Positions 46,975-57,621 of a stretch of 64,000 nt of DNA are shown piece by piece. The stretch is from a virus: the IMG/VR virus record IMGVR_UViG_3300030098_002339, positions 1-64,000 of that record. The stretch is one strand, 5' to 3'. Both the position numbers and the translations under genes were made by a program. Position 1 is the first letter of the stretch, and each line of letters starts with the position of its first letter. The notes beneath the pieces are model-generated. The model ran no database searches, was not told where the DNA came from, and saw only the letters and a program-made list of their open reading frames with translations.

Positions 46975-47120
46975 GTGATACAATAGATATAGATAATATA
47001 AGATTTGCATTTTCAGAAACTGACTACTTTCAAAGAGAAGTAGAAAGATCTGTTAATGAATTAATACTAAAAAACAACCAGGAAAATGACAAAGCATTTA
47101 TCTGGTTTATGGGAGGATAA
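46971..47120 (+). CDS. 49-aa conserved protein (variant B)
   Basis: homolog of 2793..2942. Confidence 0.8.
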   Translation: MSDTIDIDNIRFAFSETDYFQREVERSVNELILKNNQENDKAFIWFMGG

Positions 47121-47123
47121 TAA

Positions 47124-49412
47124 ATGGCAGGATCATATATAGGCAAATACGATACAACAGCTGCTAATAATACTGCAACAGGCACAGGTTCGGTTAGTAT
47201 AGCTGAAGGTATGCTGCCTTCTAATGTTAATAATGCTATGCGTGATATTATGGCGGACATTAGGCAATGGTATAATTCAGCTGAATGGATTGAATACGGA
47301 GATGGAGCAGGATCATATACACCTGCTTATGCATCAGGAACAAGTTTTACAATTGCAGGTGCAGATGTAACTTCTGCTTACCATGTAGGTAGAAGAGTTA
47401 AAGCAGTAGGTTCGTCTACAGGAACAATTTACGGATCAATTACTGCTACAAGTTTTTCAACAAATACAACAGTTACAGTTTCTTGGGATTCAGGTTCACT
47501 ATCTAGTGAATCTTTAACAATTTATATTGGTATTACAAGTGCAACAAACACTTCAATGCCAGAAACTCCATCTATTACTGGAGATTATACATTAGATGTA
47601 TCAGGCGATATTATCCTAGATGCTGATGGCGGAGATGTATTCTTTAAAGATGGTGGTACTACCTTTGGAAGTGCTACTAATTCTTCAGGTAATTTAATTA
47701 TTAAATCAGGTACAACAACAGCTTTAACATTTAGTGGAGCTAATGCTACCCTTGCTGGAGATTTAACAATCTCTGGTGATGATTTAACAATGGGTACTAA
47801 TACTTCAGGAATGTTATTAGTAGCTGATGGTACAAATTTTAATCCAGTAGCAGTTAGTGGAGATGTTACTATGGCTTCTAATGGAGCAGTAACAATTGCT
47901 TCAACAGCTGTAGAAAATTCTATGTTAGCTGGATCTATTGCTGATAGCAAATTATCTACAATTTCAACAGCAGATAAAGTTGCTGGTGGAGCTATTCAAA
48001 TTGATAGTGGTACTGATGGTACATCTATTACATTAGCAGATACAGATAAATTTTTAGTTGATGATGGTGGTACAACAAAATATGTTAATGCCTCTCAAAT
48101 TAATAGTTATGTAAGTGCTTCCGTTGCAGCAGACGATCTTGGATCTGGTGATGCCGCAATTAATCTAACAACTTCATCTGGCAATATTACAATTGATGCA
48201 GCAGCTAATGATAGTGATATTATATTTAAAGGAACAGATGCAACTTCCGATATTACAATGCTTACATTGGATGGAAGTGAAGCAGGACACGCAACTTTTA
48301 ATAGTCACGTATCTGTTGGTGGATCTAATAACGAATTAAGATTTTATGAAGGTGCAAACTATATAGGTTTTGAAGCACCCGCTTTATCAGGAGATCAAAT
48401 ATGGGTATTACCTGCAGCAGATGGATCTTCGGATCAAGTATTAAAAACAGATGGCTCAGGTAATTTAGGTTGGGCTTCTGTTACAGGTACAATTACTGCT
48501 TTAAATAATCAATCAGCTAATCGATTAACTACAATCGGTTCAACAACAACACAGTTAGATGGTGAAGCAAATTTAACTTTCACAGGTTCAGCATTAACTT
48601 GTATAGGAACAATTACAGTTGGTGTAGATGACACAGGACATGACGTTAAGTTCTTTGGTGCAACAGCTAGTAGATACTGGTTATGGGATGAATCAGCAGA
48701 TGGTGTAGTACAACAAGGTACATTAACTGTTGGAGTTGACGATACTGGATATGATGTAAAATTCTTTGGAGCTACAGCAAGTGCTTATATGCAATGGGAT
48801 GAATCAGAAGATGATTTAATCCTAGGTGGTGCTGCAAGAATAGTTGTCCCAGAAGGACAATTAGTATTAGGTAGTACAGCTGTAAGTTCAACTGCAGCAG
48901 AATTAAATTTATTAGATGGTGTTTCAGGATTAGTACAAGCAGATCTAACTAAATTAGCAGCAGTTAATTCTACAGACGCAGAACTTAATATATTAGATGG
49001 TTCAGCTAAATCTACATCTTCAATTACATTAGCAGATACTGATGCTTTAATTGTTATAGATGGGAATACAACAAAACAAATTCCTGTTTCAGATATTAAA
49101 ACATACAATCCAGGTGGAACTGCATGGCAAGCTGTTGTTACAGGTAATACAACAATGGTTTCTGGTAGAGGTTATTTTGTTAATACAACTTCAGCTGCAA
49201 TTACAATGACATTACCTGCATCTCCTTCATTAGGAGATAGTGTAACGGTTATTGATTATGCAGGAACAGCAGATTCAAATAATATTACGATAGGAAGAAA
49301 CTCTCAAAAAATTCATGGAGCTTCTGAGGATTTAACAGTAGCAACAGAACGAGCTGCCTTTACATTAGTATTTACAGATTCTACTCAAGGTTGGCTCTTA
49401 ACGGAGAAATAA
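47124..49412 (+). CDS. tail fibre protein (variant B)
   Basis: N- and C-terminal domains shared with 2945; different middle with two TVGVDDTG.DVKFFGATAS repeats. Confidence 0.8.
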   Translation: MAGSYIGKYDTTAANNTATGTGSVSIAEGMLPSNVNNAMRDIMADIRQWYNSAEWIEYGDGAGSYTPAYASGTSFTIAGADVTSAYHVGRRVKAVGSSTGTIYGSITATSFSTNTTVTVSWDSGSLSSESLTIYIGITSATNTSMPETPSITGDYTLDVSGDIILDADGGDVFFKDGGTTFGSATNSSGNLIIKSGTTTALTFSGANATLAGDLTISGDDLTMGTNTSGMLLVADGTNFNPVAVSGDVTMASNGAVTIASTAVENSMLAGSIADSKLSTISTADKVAGGAIQIDSGTDGTSITLADTDKFLVDDGGTTKYVNASQINSYVSASVAADDLGSGDAAINLTTSSGNITIDAAANDSDIIFKGTDATSDITMLTLDGSEAGHATFNSHVSVGGSNNELRFYEGANYIGFEAPALSGDQIWVLPAADGSSDQVLKTDGSGNLGWASVTGTITALNNQSANRLTTIGSTTTQLDGEANLTFTGSALTCIGTITVGVDDTGHDVKFFGATASRYWLWDESADGVVQQGTLTVGVDDTGYDVKFFGATASAYMQWDESEDDLILGGAARIVVPEGQLVLGSTAVSSTAAELNLLDGVSGLVQADLTKLAAVNSTDAELNILDGSAKSTSSITLADTDALIVIDGNTTKQIPVSDIKTYNPGGTAWQAVVTGNTTMVSGRGYFVNTTSAAITMTLPASPSLGDSVTVIDYAGTADSNNITIGRNSQKIHGASEDLTVATERAAFTLVFTDSTQGWLLTEK

Positions 49413-49415
49413 TAA

Positions 49416-50384
49416 ATGGCTGATTATAAAGCTATCAAGGGCTGGACTATTCAAACAGTTTCTAGTGATCCTAGTAATCCTATTAAAGGACAGGTGTGGT
49501 ATAATTCAACACTTGGAAAATTAAGAGGTGCTAAATTAGCTGCTGGTGCTTGGAGCACAGGAGCTAATGTAGGAACAGCAAGAGCTAATCCAGAAGGTGC
49601 TGATAGATCAACACCATCCGCAGGTTTAATTTTTGGTGGAAGAACAAGTGGATCAGCAGGTGGTGGAGATACAGAAGAATATAATGGAACAGCTTGGTCT
49701 GAACAAAATGATTTAAATGTTAATCGTTGGCGAGGTGGTGGTGCTGGAACTCAAACAGCAGGATTTAGTTTTGGAGGATCAACAGGACCTACAGCTCACG
49801 TTGGAACAGCAGAGACCTATGATGGTACAAGCTGGACTGAAGTTGGCGATCTTACTTCTACTACCAGACCTAATACAGTAGGATTTGGATTACAAACAGC
49901 AGCTTTATGCGTTGCTGGATATGGTGTAGCGGTTGTAGAACAATATAATGGTTCTTCTTGGTCAGAAGTCGGAGATTTAAATACTGCTAGAGGTTCTATG
50001 GCAGGATGCGGATCAACAACAGCAGGACTTGTAGCACAAGGAGAATCTCCAGGTGGTAATATAGATTCAGTAGAACAATGGGATGGTTCAAGCTGGACTG
50101 AAGTTGCAGATTGTAATACTGCTCGAAATCAACCAGGTGGAGGTGGAACATCTACTTCTTCTATATGTTTTGGTGGCGATCCTTCTGCTTTAACAGAAAA
50201 CTGGGATGGTTCTTCTTGGACTGAAGTGGGTGATATGTCTACAGCAAGAGGTCGTGCCGCAGCAGCAGGAACATCGAGTTCTGCATTTTGTGCAGCAGGT
50301 GCAACACCAGGAGCAACGACTGGAGTTAATAATACAGAAGAATGGGATCAATCAGTATCTGGAAATAATTGGGATACAACATAA
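49416..50384 (+). CDS. Kelch-like beta-propeller protein B1 (one propeller)
   Basis: about 6 WTEV.DLNTAR-type repeats. Confidence 0.75.
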   Translation: MADYKAIKGWTIQTVSSDPSNPIKGQVWYNSTLGKLRGAKLAAGAWSTGANVGTARANPEGADRSTPSAGLIFGGRTSGSAGGGDTEEYNGTAWSEQNDLNVNRWRGGGAGTQTAGFSFGGSTGPTAHVGTAETYDGTSWTEVGDLTSTTRPNTVGFGLQTAALCVAGYGVAVVEQYNGSSWSEVGDLNTARGSMAGCGSTTAGLVAQGESPGGNIDSVEQWDGSSWTEVADCNTARNQPGGGGTSTSSICFGGDPSALTENWDGSSWTEVGDMSTARGRAAAAGTSSSAFCAAGATPGATTGVNNTEEWDQSVSGNNWDTT

Positions 50385-52168
50385 TGGCAGATTACAAAGA
50401 ATTAAAAGGAAAACATATTTTAAGTATCGCATCAGACTTGGACAACGCTGCAGGTGAAGGACAAATTTGGTATAATACTACATCTGGAGACTACAAGACG
50501 ATTGTTAAAGCGGCTGGAACTTGGTCAACTAGTAATAGTTTGAACACAGGTAAAGAAAAATCTTTTGGCATAGGAATTCAAACAGCTGCTCTTACTATAA
50601 GTGGAGAAGGTACAGCCACAGTTGAACAATATGATGGTACTTCTTGGTCGGAAATTGCAGATGTTAATACAGCAAGAGAACATGGCGCAGGTTGTGGAAC
50701 TGTAGCCTCAGGTCTTTTTTTCGGTGGACAACCTCCTGTTACAGGAAAAACAGAATCCTGGAATGGAACCTCATGGACAGAAACTGGAGATTTGAATACC
50801 TCTCGAAGAGGAGGAGGTGGATCAGGACCAAGTAGCTCTGCTGCTCTTGCAGCTACAGGTTATGATGGTTCTAATAATGTTACAAATGTTGAAAGTTGGA
50901 ATGGATCAAGCTGGACTGAAGTGGCTGATGTTAATACTGCACGAAGAACAGGAGCAAGTGGAGGAACGAGCAGTACCGCTTCAATGATAGTAGGAGGCGG
51001 AGGACCTGGTAGTGGAACAGCAAATGTCGAAGTATGGGATGGAGCAAGCTGGACTGAAGTAACTGATATTAATACTGCTAGAGAAGAATTTAAAGGTGCT
51101 CCAGAGACTTCTGCAACAAATTTGGTTTTTGGAGGTGCTCATGATCCAGGTCCTACAGCTGCTACAGAATATTATGATGGATCTAGTTGGTCAGAGGTCG
51201 GAGATTTAAATGAAAATAGACAAAGATTATCAGGAACAGGAACAACGATTTTAGCATTGGCTTCTGGAGGAGGAACTCCTCCCTCTCCCCTTGTTACTGT
51301 TGAAGAATGGGATTGGACATCTACCCTTGCTGCAGGTGCATGGGCATCGGGTGGAGCAGCAAATAATCCAAGAGGTAAAGGTGGAGGAGCTGGAATTCAA
51401 ACTGCAGCTGCAGTTTTTGGTGGTGTCGTTAGTGATACCCCTAAATCAAATACAACAGAAGAATATGATGGTTCTTCGTGGACAAATACAGGAAATTTAA
51501 ATACAGGTCGACATGCTGGAGCTGGTTTTGGAGTACAAACAGCAGCTTTTTATTGTGCGGGAGAATCAACAGCTTATGTTGATAATGTTGAATCTTACAA
51601 TGGTTCAACCTGGTCCGAAACAACAGATTTAAGTACAGCTCGTGGAGGTGCAGAAGGTAATGGTACAACAACAGCAGGAATGGTAGTTTGTGGTGCAGTA
51701 AACCCGCCTAATTTTTCAACTCTTAACGAACAATGGAATGGTTCTGCTTGGTCAGAAGATGCAGATACTAATACAGGTAGAAATGAGGGTGGATGTGTAG
51801 GCACATCAACCGCTGCTTTATATTTCGGTGGTTTTACTCCAGATTTAACAGCAAACTCAGAAGAATGGAATGGAACAGCATGGGCAGAAGGAAACAATGT
51901 AAATAGAGTTATTGGACAATCAGGTGATTTTGGCATTCAAACTTCAGCGATTGCTGCTGGAGGAAGTCCAGGAGATGTAGCTAGCACAGAGGAATATGAT
52001 GGTACTTCTTGGGCTGAAGTTGCAAATTTATCTACAGCAAGAAATATACTTATTGGAAATAATAATAGCACTGATTCTACTCTAGGATTAGTTATGGGAG
52101 GAGATCCAGGCGTTACTACTACAGAAGAATGGACACAATCACAAAACATTAAGACAATAGCAGACTAG
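50384..52168 (+). CDS. Kelch-like beta-propeller protein B2 (two propellers)
   Basis: TAATG-coupled start MADYKELKG; about 12 repeats. Confidence 0.75.
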   Translation: MADYKELKGKHILSIASDLDNAAGEGQIWYNTTSGDYKTIVKAAGTWSTSNSLNTGKEKSFGIGIQTAALTISGEGTATVEQYDGTSWSEIADVNTAREHGAGCGTVASGLFFGGQPPVTGKTESWNGTSWTETGDLNTSRRGGGGSGPSSSAALAATGYDGSNNVTNVESWNGSSWTEVADVNTARRTGASGGTSSTASMIVGGGGPGSGTANVEVWDGASWTEVTDINTAREEFKGAPETSATNLVFGGAHDPGPTAATEYYDGSSWSEVGDLNENRQRLSGTGTTILALASGGGTPPSPLVTVEEWDWTSTLAAGAWASGGAANNPRGKGGGAGIQTAAAVFGGVVSDTPKSNTTEEYDGSSWTNTGNLNTGRHAGAGFGVQTAAFYCAGESTAYVDNVESYNGSTWSETTDLSTARGGAEGNGTTTAGMVVCGAVNPPNFSTLNEQWNGSAWSEDADTNTGRNEGGCVGTSTAALYFGGFTPDLTANSEEWNGTAWAEGNNVNRVIGQSGDFGIQTSAIAAGGSPGDVASTEEYDGTSWAEVANLSTARNILIGNNNSTDSTLGLVMGGDPGVTTTEEWTQSQNIKTIAD

Positions 52169-52194
52169 ACAAATGGAATTTAAACAAATATAAA
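52166..52194 (+). promoter_or_regulatory. putative sigma70 promoter
   Basis: TAGACA-17nt-TATAAA upstream of the aaggagg RBS. Confidence 0.5.
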
Positions 52195-52213
52195 AGGAAA
52201 AAGGAGGAGCAAT

Positions 52214-52507
52214 ATGGCAAATGACATCTTTAATTACTGCGTAGCAACGAACACTGGAAAGGGTTTCATCACACATGATGATAGCCGAAGATTCTGGATT
52301 AGTGGCAATCCTGGTAATGTATGGGTTGCAACAGACTGTGTAGAATCAAGACATTGGATTGCAAGAAACAATGGTGTTTCTAAAACTAAAGAAGAAGCAC
52401 AAGCTATTGTAACAGCAGAAGTTGAAGCAGCACAAGCAGCTTGGGATGCTTTATCTGATGAAGAAAAAGCATTAACATCAAGACCAGGCGACATAACTCT
52501 TCCCTAA
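52214..52507 (+). CDS. small propeller-associated protein (variant B)
   Basis: homolog of 6033..6338. Confidence 0.8.
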   Translation: MANDIFNYCVATNTGKGFITHDDSRRFWISGNPGNVWVATDCVESRHWIARNNGVSKTKEEAQAIVTAEVEAAQAAWDALSDEEKALTSRPGDITLP

Positions 52508-52516
52508 AGGAATTAA

Positions 52517-54343
52517 ATGGCAACGTACCGAGAAATTAAAGGACTCACCGTTCCTTATTTAGATGCTGATTTACCTTCTGCTTCTGCAAGTACGCAAGAA
52601 GGACAGGTTTGGTATAACTCAGCTACAGGAAAGCTACGAGCTTTTATATCCTATAATACATGGGCTACATCTAGTGCTGCAAGTACAGGTCGTGGAGAAT
52701 TAGGTGGTACTGGACCTCAAACTGCTGCTTTTATATGTGGTGGTAGAAGTCCAACTGTAAGAGCACATACCGAACATTATAATGGTAGTGGCTGGTCAGA
52801 AGTTGCTGATCTTAATTCAGCTAGACATGCTTTAGCTGCTTTAGGTACGCAAACAGCAAGTTTAGCTTATGGTGGAGCATTTCCTGGAAGCACTGATTCG
52901 GATATATCGGAAGAGTTTGATGGTTCTTCTTGGTCAGAAGGAGACGATTTAAATACAGCAAGACAAGATTTAGGTGGTACTGGAGCTGGAACACAAACAG
53001 CTGGGTTAATGGCTGCGGGTAATGTTAAAGCAGGAGGTACTACTACCAAACAACTTTGTGAGTCTTACAATGGAACTAGCTGGTCAGAAGAATCTGATTT
53101 AGGAACAGCTAGATATTATACGGGAATTATTGGAGCACAAGATGCTGCTCTTTGTGTATCAGGAGGTCCTGCACCTGCACCAGATGTAACTGTTAATGTA
53201 GAATCTTGGAATGGTTCATCATGGACAGAAACTACAAATGTAAATACAGGAAAAGCTCAAGGAGCTTCTTTTGGAACACAAACTCATGCAATTAATGCAG
53301 GTGGTGATAATCCAGGTCCTTCTGAACTTAATGCAGAAGAATGGGATGGCACTTCTTGGACAGAAACGACTAACATATCCTCAGAAAAAAAATACCATAC
53401 AGCTGGAGGAAGTGGAACAGCAGGAGCTCATTTAGCTGGTTACGATATGAGTAATTATGTAGGTACAACAGAAGAATGGAACAAATCAATTTTAACCTAT
53501 ACCCCTGCAGCATGGGCAAGTGGTGGAAATTATGGACAATCTTTAAAAGGAGTTGGTGGAGCAGGAACTCAAACTGCTGGACTTGGATTTGGAGGTCAAC
53601 CTCCCACTAAAGCTGAAACTTATGAATACGATGGTACGGCTTGGACAGAAACAAATGATTTAAATACAGCAAGATATAATACACAAGGAACTGGAACTCA
53701 AACTGCAGGATTAGCAGCTGGAGGATATGATGCTCCAAATCGTAAAGACGAAGTAGAAGAATATAATGGTTCTACTTGGAGTGAACAAAATGATATACCT
53801 GCTGCTACATATAATGCGGGTATGGCTGGAACTCAAACTTCAGCTCTTTTCTTTGCAGGTAATAGTCCAGCTGGAGGAAGTACTGCTGAAACTTATGAAT
53901 ATGACGGCACAAATTGGACTGATGGTGGAGATTTAAGTACAGCTAAAAATGCTAACACAGGATGTGGAACACAAACAGCAGGATTATCAATGTTTGGAGA
54001 ACCTGGTGTATCTAGTGAAGAATATAATGGAACAGCTTGGACAGCTGGAGGAAATGGGAATATTGAACGATATGGTTTAGCTGGATGGGGAATCCAAACG
54101 GCAGCTGGAGTAGCTGGTGGTTATGGACCTGGATACTCAAGTCTTTCTGAACTTTATGATGGGACCTCTTGGTCAACAAATGCCTCTTTAAGTACAGCAA
54201 GAAGTGCGATAGGAACAGCAAGAAATTCAACACAAGAAGCTGGATTAGTATTTGGAGGATCAAGACCAGCTAATAGTGATGCAACAGAAGAATTTACAGG
54301 TGTAACAACAGCCGCAGAAGCTGCTGATATTGACTTTGACTAA
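52517..54343 (+). CDS. Kelch-like beta-propeller protein B3 (two propellers)
   Basis: about 12 repeats. Confidence 0.75.
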   Translation: MATYREIKGLTVPYLDADLPSASASTQEGQVWYNSATGKLRAFISYNTWATSSAASTGRGELGGTGPQTAAFICGGRSPTVRAHTEHYNGSGWSEVADLNSARHALAALGTQTASLAYGGAFPGSTDSDISEEFDGSSWSEGDDLNTARQDLGGTGAGTQTAGLMAAGNVKAGGTTTKQLCESYNGTSWSEESDLGTARYYTGIIGAQDAALCVSGGPAPAPDVTVNVESWNGSSWTETTNVNTGKAQGASFGTQTHAINAGGDNPGPSELNAEEWDGTSWTETTNISSEKKYHTAGGSGTAGAHLAGYDMSNYVGTTEEWNKSILTYTPAAWASGGNYGQSLKGVGGAGTQTAGLGFGGQPPTKAETYEYDGTAWTETNDLNTARYNTQGTGTQTAGLAAGGYDAPNRKDEVEEYNGSTWSEQNDIPAATYNAGMAGTQTSALFFAGNSPAGGSTAETYEYDGTNWTDGGDLSTAKNANTGCGTQTAGLSMFGEPGVSSEEYNGTAWTAGGNGNIERYGLAGWGIQTAAGVAGGYGPGYSSLSELYDGTSWSTNASLSTARSAIGTARNSTQEAGLVFGGSRPANSDATEEFTGVTTAAEAADIDFD

Positions 54344-54364
54344 TATTTAAAAAAAGAGTATAAA
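54336..54364 (+). promoter_or_regulatory. putative sigma70 promoter, near-leaderless, oxygenase cassette B
   Basis: TTGACT-17nt-TATAAA, ATG 8 nt later, no SD. Confidence 0.6.
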
Positions 54365-54372
54365 ACCTCTAT

Positions 54373-55059
54373 ATGAAAGAGAAAAGAAACATACACGAAC
54401 TTATTGTAAAAGAAGAACCTCATCTTCATGAAATATTAGATCCTGCACAAGTTGCTAAATTTAAAGAATTAACAAACGAACTTAGAGATACCTGGACAAA
54501 GAAACAAATGTTCAGAACAAAAACAGAGATGGAATTTTCTGTTTTAAATGATGCTAAATATCCAACCAATGCTGCTAAGTATTGGCAATGTGTGAGAGAA
54601 CAAAATACTCACATGGAAAACTTAATGCATTTATCCTTTGATGCTCGTAAAAATGATATTGAAATAAAACAAAAATTAAAAGAACTAGAAGAAGAAAAAG
54701 ACGAATTAAAAAAAGAACTCATACAAGTAGAAATAGATGAAAAAACTTATAGTAAAGCTAGTATGCAACTTGTTGCAGCTCATCGTATGAGAGAAGTTAC
54801 TGAATGGTCTAACTTTAAAAAGATTTATAATGATGGTACTTTTGATGATAAGAATGTAGATACACACCAACTATTATCATACAAAAAGATCATGAAGAAT
54901 AGAAAGAATACATTAACTCCTGGATCTTCACAACCTGAAGTCTTTAATGTATTAGGTCAATTGCAAACAATTGAACGGGTGGAAGAAGAACGAAAAGCCC
55001 TTGGACACGAAAAGAAAAAGGCTATAAGTGAAACACCTAAATACGGAAAACAAGGCTAA
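54373..55059 (+). CDS. coiled-coil protein heading the oxygenase cassette (variant B)
   Basis: homolog of 10034..10705. Confidence 0.8.
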   Translation: MKEKRNIHELIVKEEPHLHEILDPAQVAKFKELTNELRDTWTKKQMFRTKTEMEFSVLNDAKYPTNAAKYWQCVREQNTHMENLMHLSFDARKNDIEIKQKLKELEEEKDELKKELIQVEIDEKTYSKASMQLVAAHRMREVTEWSNFKKIYNDGTFDDKNVDTHQLLSYKKIMKNRKNTLTPGSSQPEVFNVLGQLQTIERVEEERKALGHEKKKAISETPKYGKQG

Positions 55060-55822
55060 ACAAATCTACTTTCTTTGTGCGATGCCAAGATCAGGGAATA
55101 CCTTATTTGCATCACTCATGAATCAAAATCCAGAGATTGCTGTTACCGCCAATAGTATCACCTTGGAAATTATGAAAGATTTATTTCTTCTTAAAAAAAT
55201 AGATGCCTTTCAAAATTTTCCTGATGAACAATCTTTAGATAATGTTATGGATGAAGTTTATAATCTTTATTATAAACATTGGAATTATAAAGTTATTATT
55301 GATCGAGGACCTGTTTGTACATCTAGCAATCTAAAGATCATGCAAAAACATTTTAAACAACCTATACGATGTATTGTATTAGTTAGAGATTTATTAGATG
55401 TTTTAGCTTCTTATATTAAATGGTTTGAAACTGAGCCAACTGCTTTTTTAAATCAATTAAAAACAATAGATGAAAAATTAAGTCGACTTATGCACAAGTA
55501 TGGAGCAATAGCAAAAGGACTTTTATCTATTCAGTATTTACTTCAGCATCCTGAGATGGCTGTGTTTATTAAGTATGATGATTTAGTTGTTAATCCAGAA
55601 CAAGAATTAAGAAAAGTCTACACTTTTTTAAATCTCCCCTATTTTCCGCATAAGTTTATTGATCTAGATCAAATTACCGTGAATGGTTTACAATATAATG
55701 ATAGTATTACAGGTAAAAATATGCACACCATTAGAACACAAAATGTTCACAAGGTTGATAATCCATATAAGAATATGATACCAGAGAGATTTATTAAGGA
55801 ATATGGACACATCCGATTTTAA
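55028..55822 (+). CDS. sulfotransferase family protein
   Basis: PRSGNTL (5'-PSB loop), RD..DVLAS (3'-PB), YDDLV.NP...L..VY.FL. Confidence 0.85.
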   Translation: MKHLNTENKAKQIYFLCAMPRSGNTLFASLMNQNPEIAVTANSITLEIMKDLFLLKKIDAFQNFPDEQSLDNVMDEVYNLYYKHWNYKVIIDRGPVCTSSNLKIMQKHFKQPIRCIVLVRDLLDVLASYIKWFETEPTAFLNQLKTIDEKLSRLMHKYGAIAKGLLSIQYLLQHPEMAVFIKYDDLVVNPEQELRKVYTFLNLPYFPHKFIDLDQITVNGLQYNDSITGKNMHTIRTQNVHKVDNPYKNMIPERFIKEYGHIRF

Positions 55823-56462
55823 ATTTATCTGGTTAGGGCAAACTATTTTAAGATATAAAGTTCCTTTAGATGTTTTTAATACTCTTAATGGAATTTACGA
55901 AACTAATTTTGTTAATCTTCCTGATGCTCATAAACAACTTGTGGGGAAAATAAGAAAAGAAAATTCTTTGTTTTTTGGTGGTGCTCCCAATAATAAAATG
56001 CACCGACATAATTTACTTCCTCCTTATGTTTTAAATTGGTTTGAAAGTAAATTTAGACATTATTTAGATTTTAATAAAATACATCCTTATACACTTCATA
56101 TGAACTCTATATGGATTAATGAGATGAAAGCAGGAGAATACAATCCTATTCATATTCATCAAGGCACGATTTATACAGGACTTTCATCAGTCATGATGCT
56201 TAAACTTCCTAAAGATATGGGTCCTGAATATGCAAGACCTGATACTCCTTTAAATGGTAAGTTACAAATCGTAGGTGCAGCTAATGGTCAATTTGTAAAA
56301 TCTGACTATTCACCTATTGCAGAAGAAAGAGATTTTTATATTTTTCCTTATGACATGAGGCATTGTGTTTATCCTCATACCAATCCTAATGCCATAAGAC
56401 GCACACTTGCAGCCAACATGGATGTAGAGTATAACCCTGTTAGTACAAGGACAGCAGGATGA
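55803..56462 (+). CDS. 2OG-Fe(II) oxygenase (variant B)
   Basis: YNPIHIH...HCVYP...RRTL; homolog of 10702. Confidence 0.85.
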   Translation: MDTSDFKFIWLGQTILRYKVPLDVFNTLNGIYETNFVNLPDAHKQLVGKIRKENSLFFGGAPNNKMHRHNLLPPYVLNWFESKFRHYLDFNKIHPYTLHMNSIWINEMKAGEYNPIHIHQGTIYTGLSSVMMLKLPKDMGPEYARPDTPLNGKLQIVGAANGQFVKSDYSPIAEERDFYIFPYDMRHCVYPHTNPNAIRRTLAANMDVEYNPVSTRTAG

Positions 56463-57043
56463 TACCTACAGAACCTACTTGGAGAAGTTATATAGCTGAA
56501 ACAACTCAGCCTATCTTTTCACCTAAACAATGCCAGATGGTTATTGATAAGGGCATGAGTTTAAAAAAAGAAACAGCTGCAGTAGGTATGGGTAATCCCA
56601 AAGGAAGTGGTATTGATCCTGACAAAAGAATTACAACAATTAGTTGGATTCCTTTTAAAGAAATGCCAGAGATGTATCGTGATATTGAAAAGACTATGCT
56701 TCAAGCAAACAATAATCACTTTGGTTTTGAAGGAATGCGATTAACTGAACCTGGACAATTTACACATTATCTTACAGGTGGATTTTATGAATGGCATATG
56801 GATAATGATGTAGTAGGAAAACATCAGCCTCCTGTTCGTAAAATCTCAATGACACTTCTGTTATCTGATCCTTCTACCTTTGAAGGTGGTGAATTAGAGT
56901 TTATGAGTAAAGGTAAGACTGCAAAGTTAAAACAAGGTCAAGCTATTTTCTTTGCGAGTTGGTTACAGCACCGAGTTAAACCCGTTACTAGAGGTGAGAG
57001 AAAATCTTTAGTCATGTGGTTTGGAGGTCCTTCCTTTAAATGA
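56459..57043 (+). CDS. 2OG-Fe(II) oxygenase, P4H/PKHD-like (variant B)
   Basis: WHMD...HRVKPV.RGERKSLVMW. Confidence 0.9.
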   Translation: MIPTEPTWRSYIAETTQPIFSPKQCQMVIDKGMSLKKETAAVGMGNPKGSGIDPDKRITTISWIPFKEMPEMYRDIEKTMLQANNNHFGFEGMRLTEPGQFTHYLTGGFYEWHMDNDVVGKHQPPVRKISMTLLLSDPSTFEGGELEFMSKGKTAKLKQGQAIFFASWLQHRVKPVTRGERKSLVMWFGGPSFK

Positions 57044-57621
57044 TTACTGAGCATCATTTTCCAACAATCATTTATATTAAAGATCTACCGAATGCTCTTC
57101 AGTTGAATCAATATTTAGAACAAAAGATTATTCAATGGAGCCAACAGGATAAAGGCGAACAAAAAACTAATGCAGGTGGATGGCATAGTAAAACGGATAT
57201 GAATAAAAAAGAAGAATACAATCCGTTAACAAAAGAACTCTTTAATATGCAAGATGAGATTTATCAAAAAGAGCATTTGTCTTTAAAACCTGTACTTGGA
57301 AATATGTGGGCAAATATTAATTATCCAAAATGTTTTAATAGACCTCATATTCATCCTAACTCATTATTCTCAGGTGTTTATTTTATTAAGACTCCTCAAA
57401 AATCTGGTAATTTGATGGTATACGATCCAAGACCAGGAGTTCAAATGGCAATGCCTAGTCGTAAAAAGGGAGATCTTCCTCCTGCATCGTGGAGAGAAGT
57501 ACATTACGAACCTGTTGCAGGAAGATGTATTATGTTTCCTTCTTGGTTATGGCATGAAGTAAAACCTAATGAAAGTAATGATATAAGAATATCTGTATCG
57601 TTTAATTTTTTACAACGATGA
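57040..57621 (+). CDS. 2OG-Fe(II) oxygenase, TIGR02466-like (variant B)
   Basis: HIHPNS...FPSWLWHEV...RISVSFN. Confidence 0.9.
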   Translation: MITEHHFPTIIYIKDLPNALQLNQYLEQKIIQWSQQDKGEQKTNAGGWHSKTDMNKKEEYNPLTKELFNMQDEIYQKEHLSLKPVLGNMWANINYPKCFNRPHIHPNSLFSGVYFIKTPQKSGNLMVYDPRPGVQMAMPSRKKGDLPPASWREVHYEPVAGRCIMFPSWLWHEVKPNESNDIRISVSFNFLQR

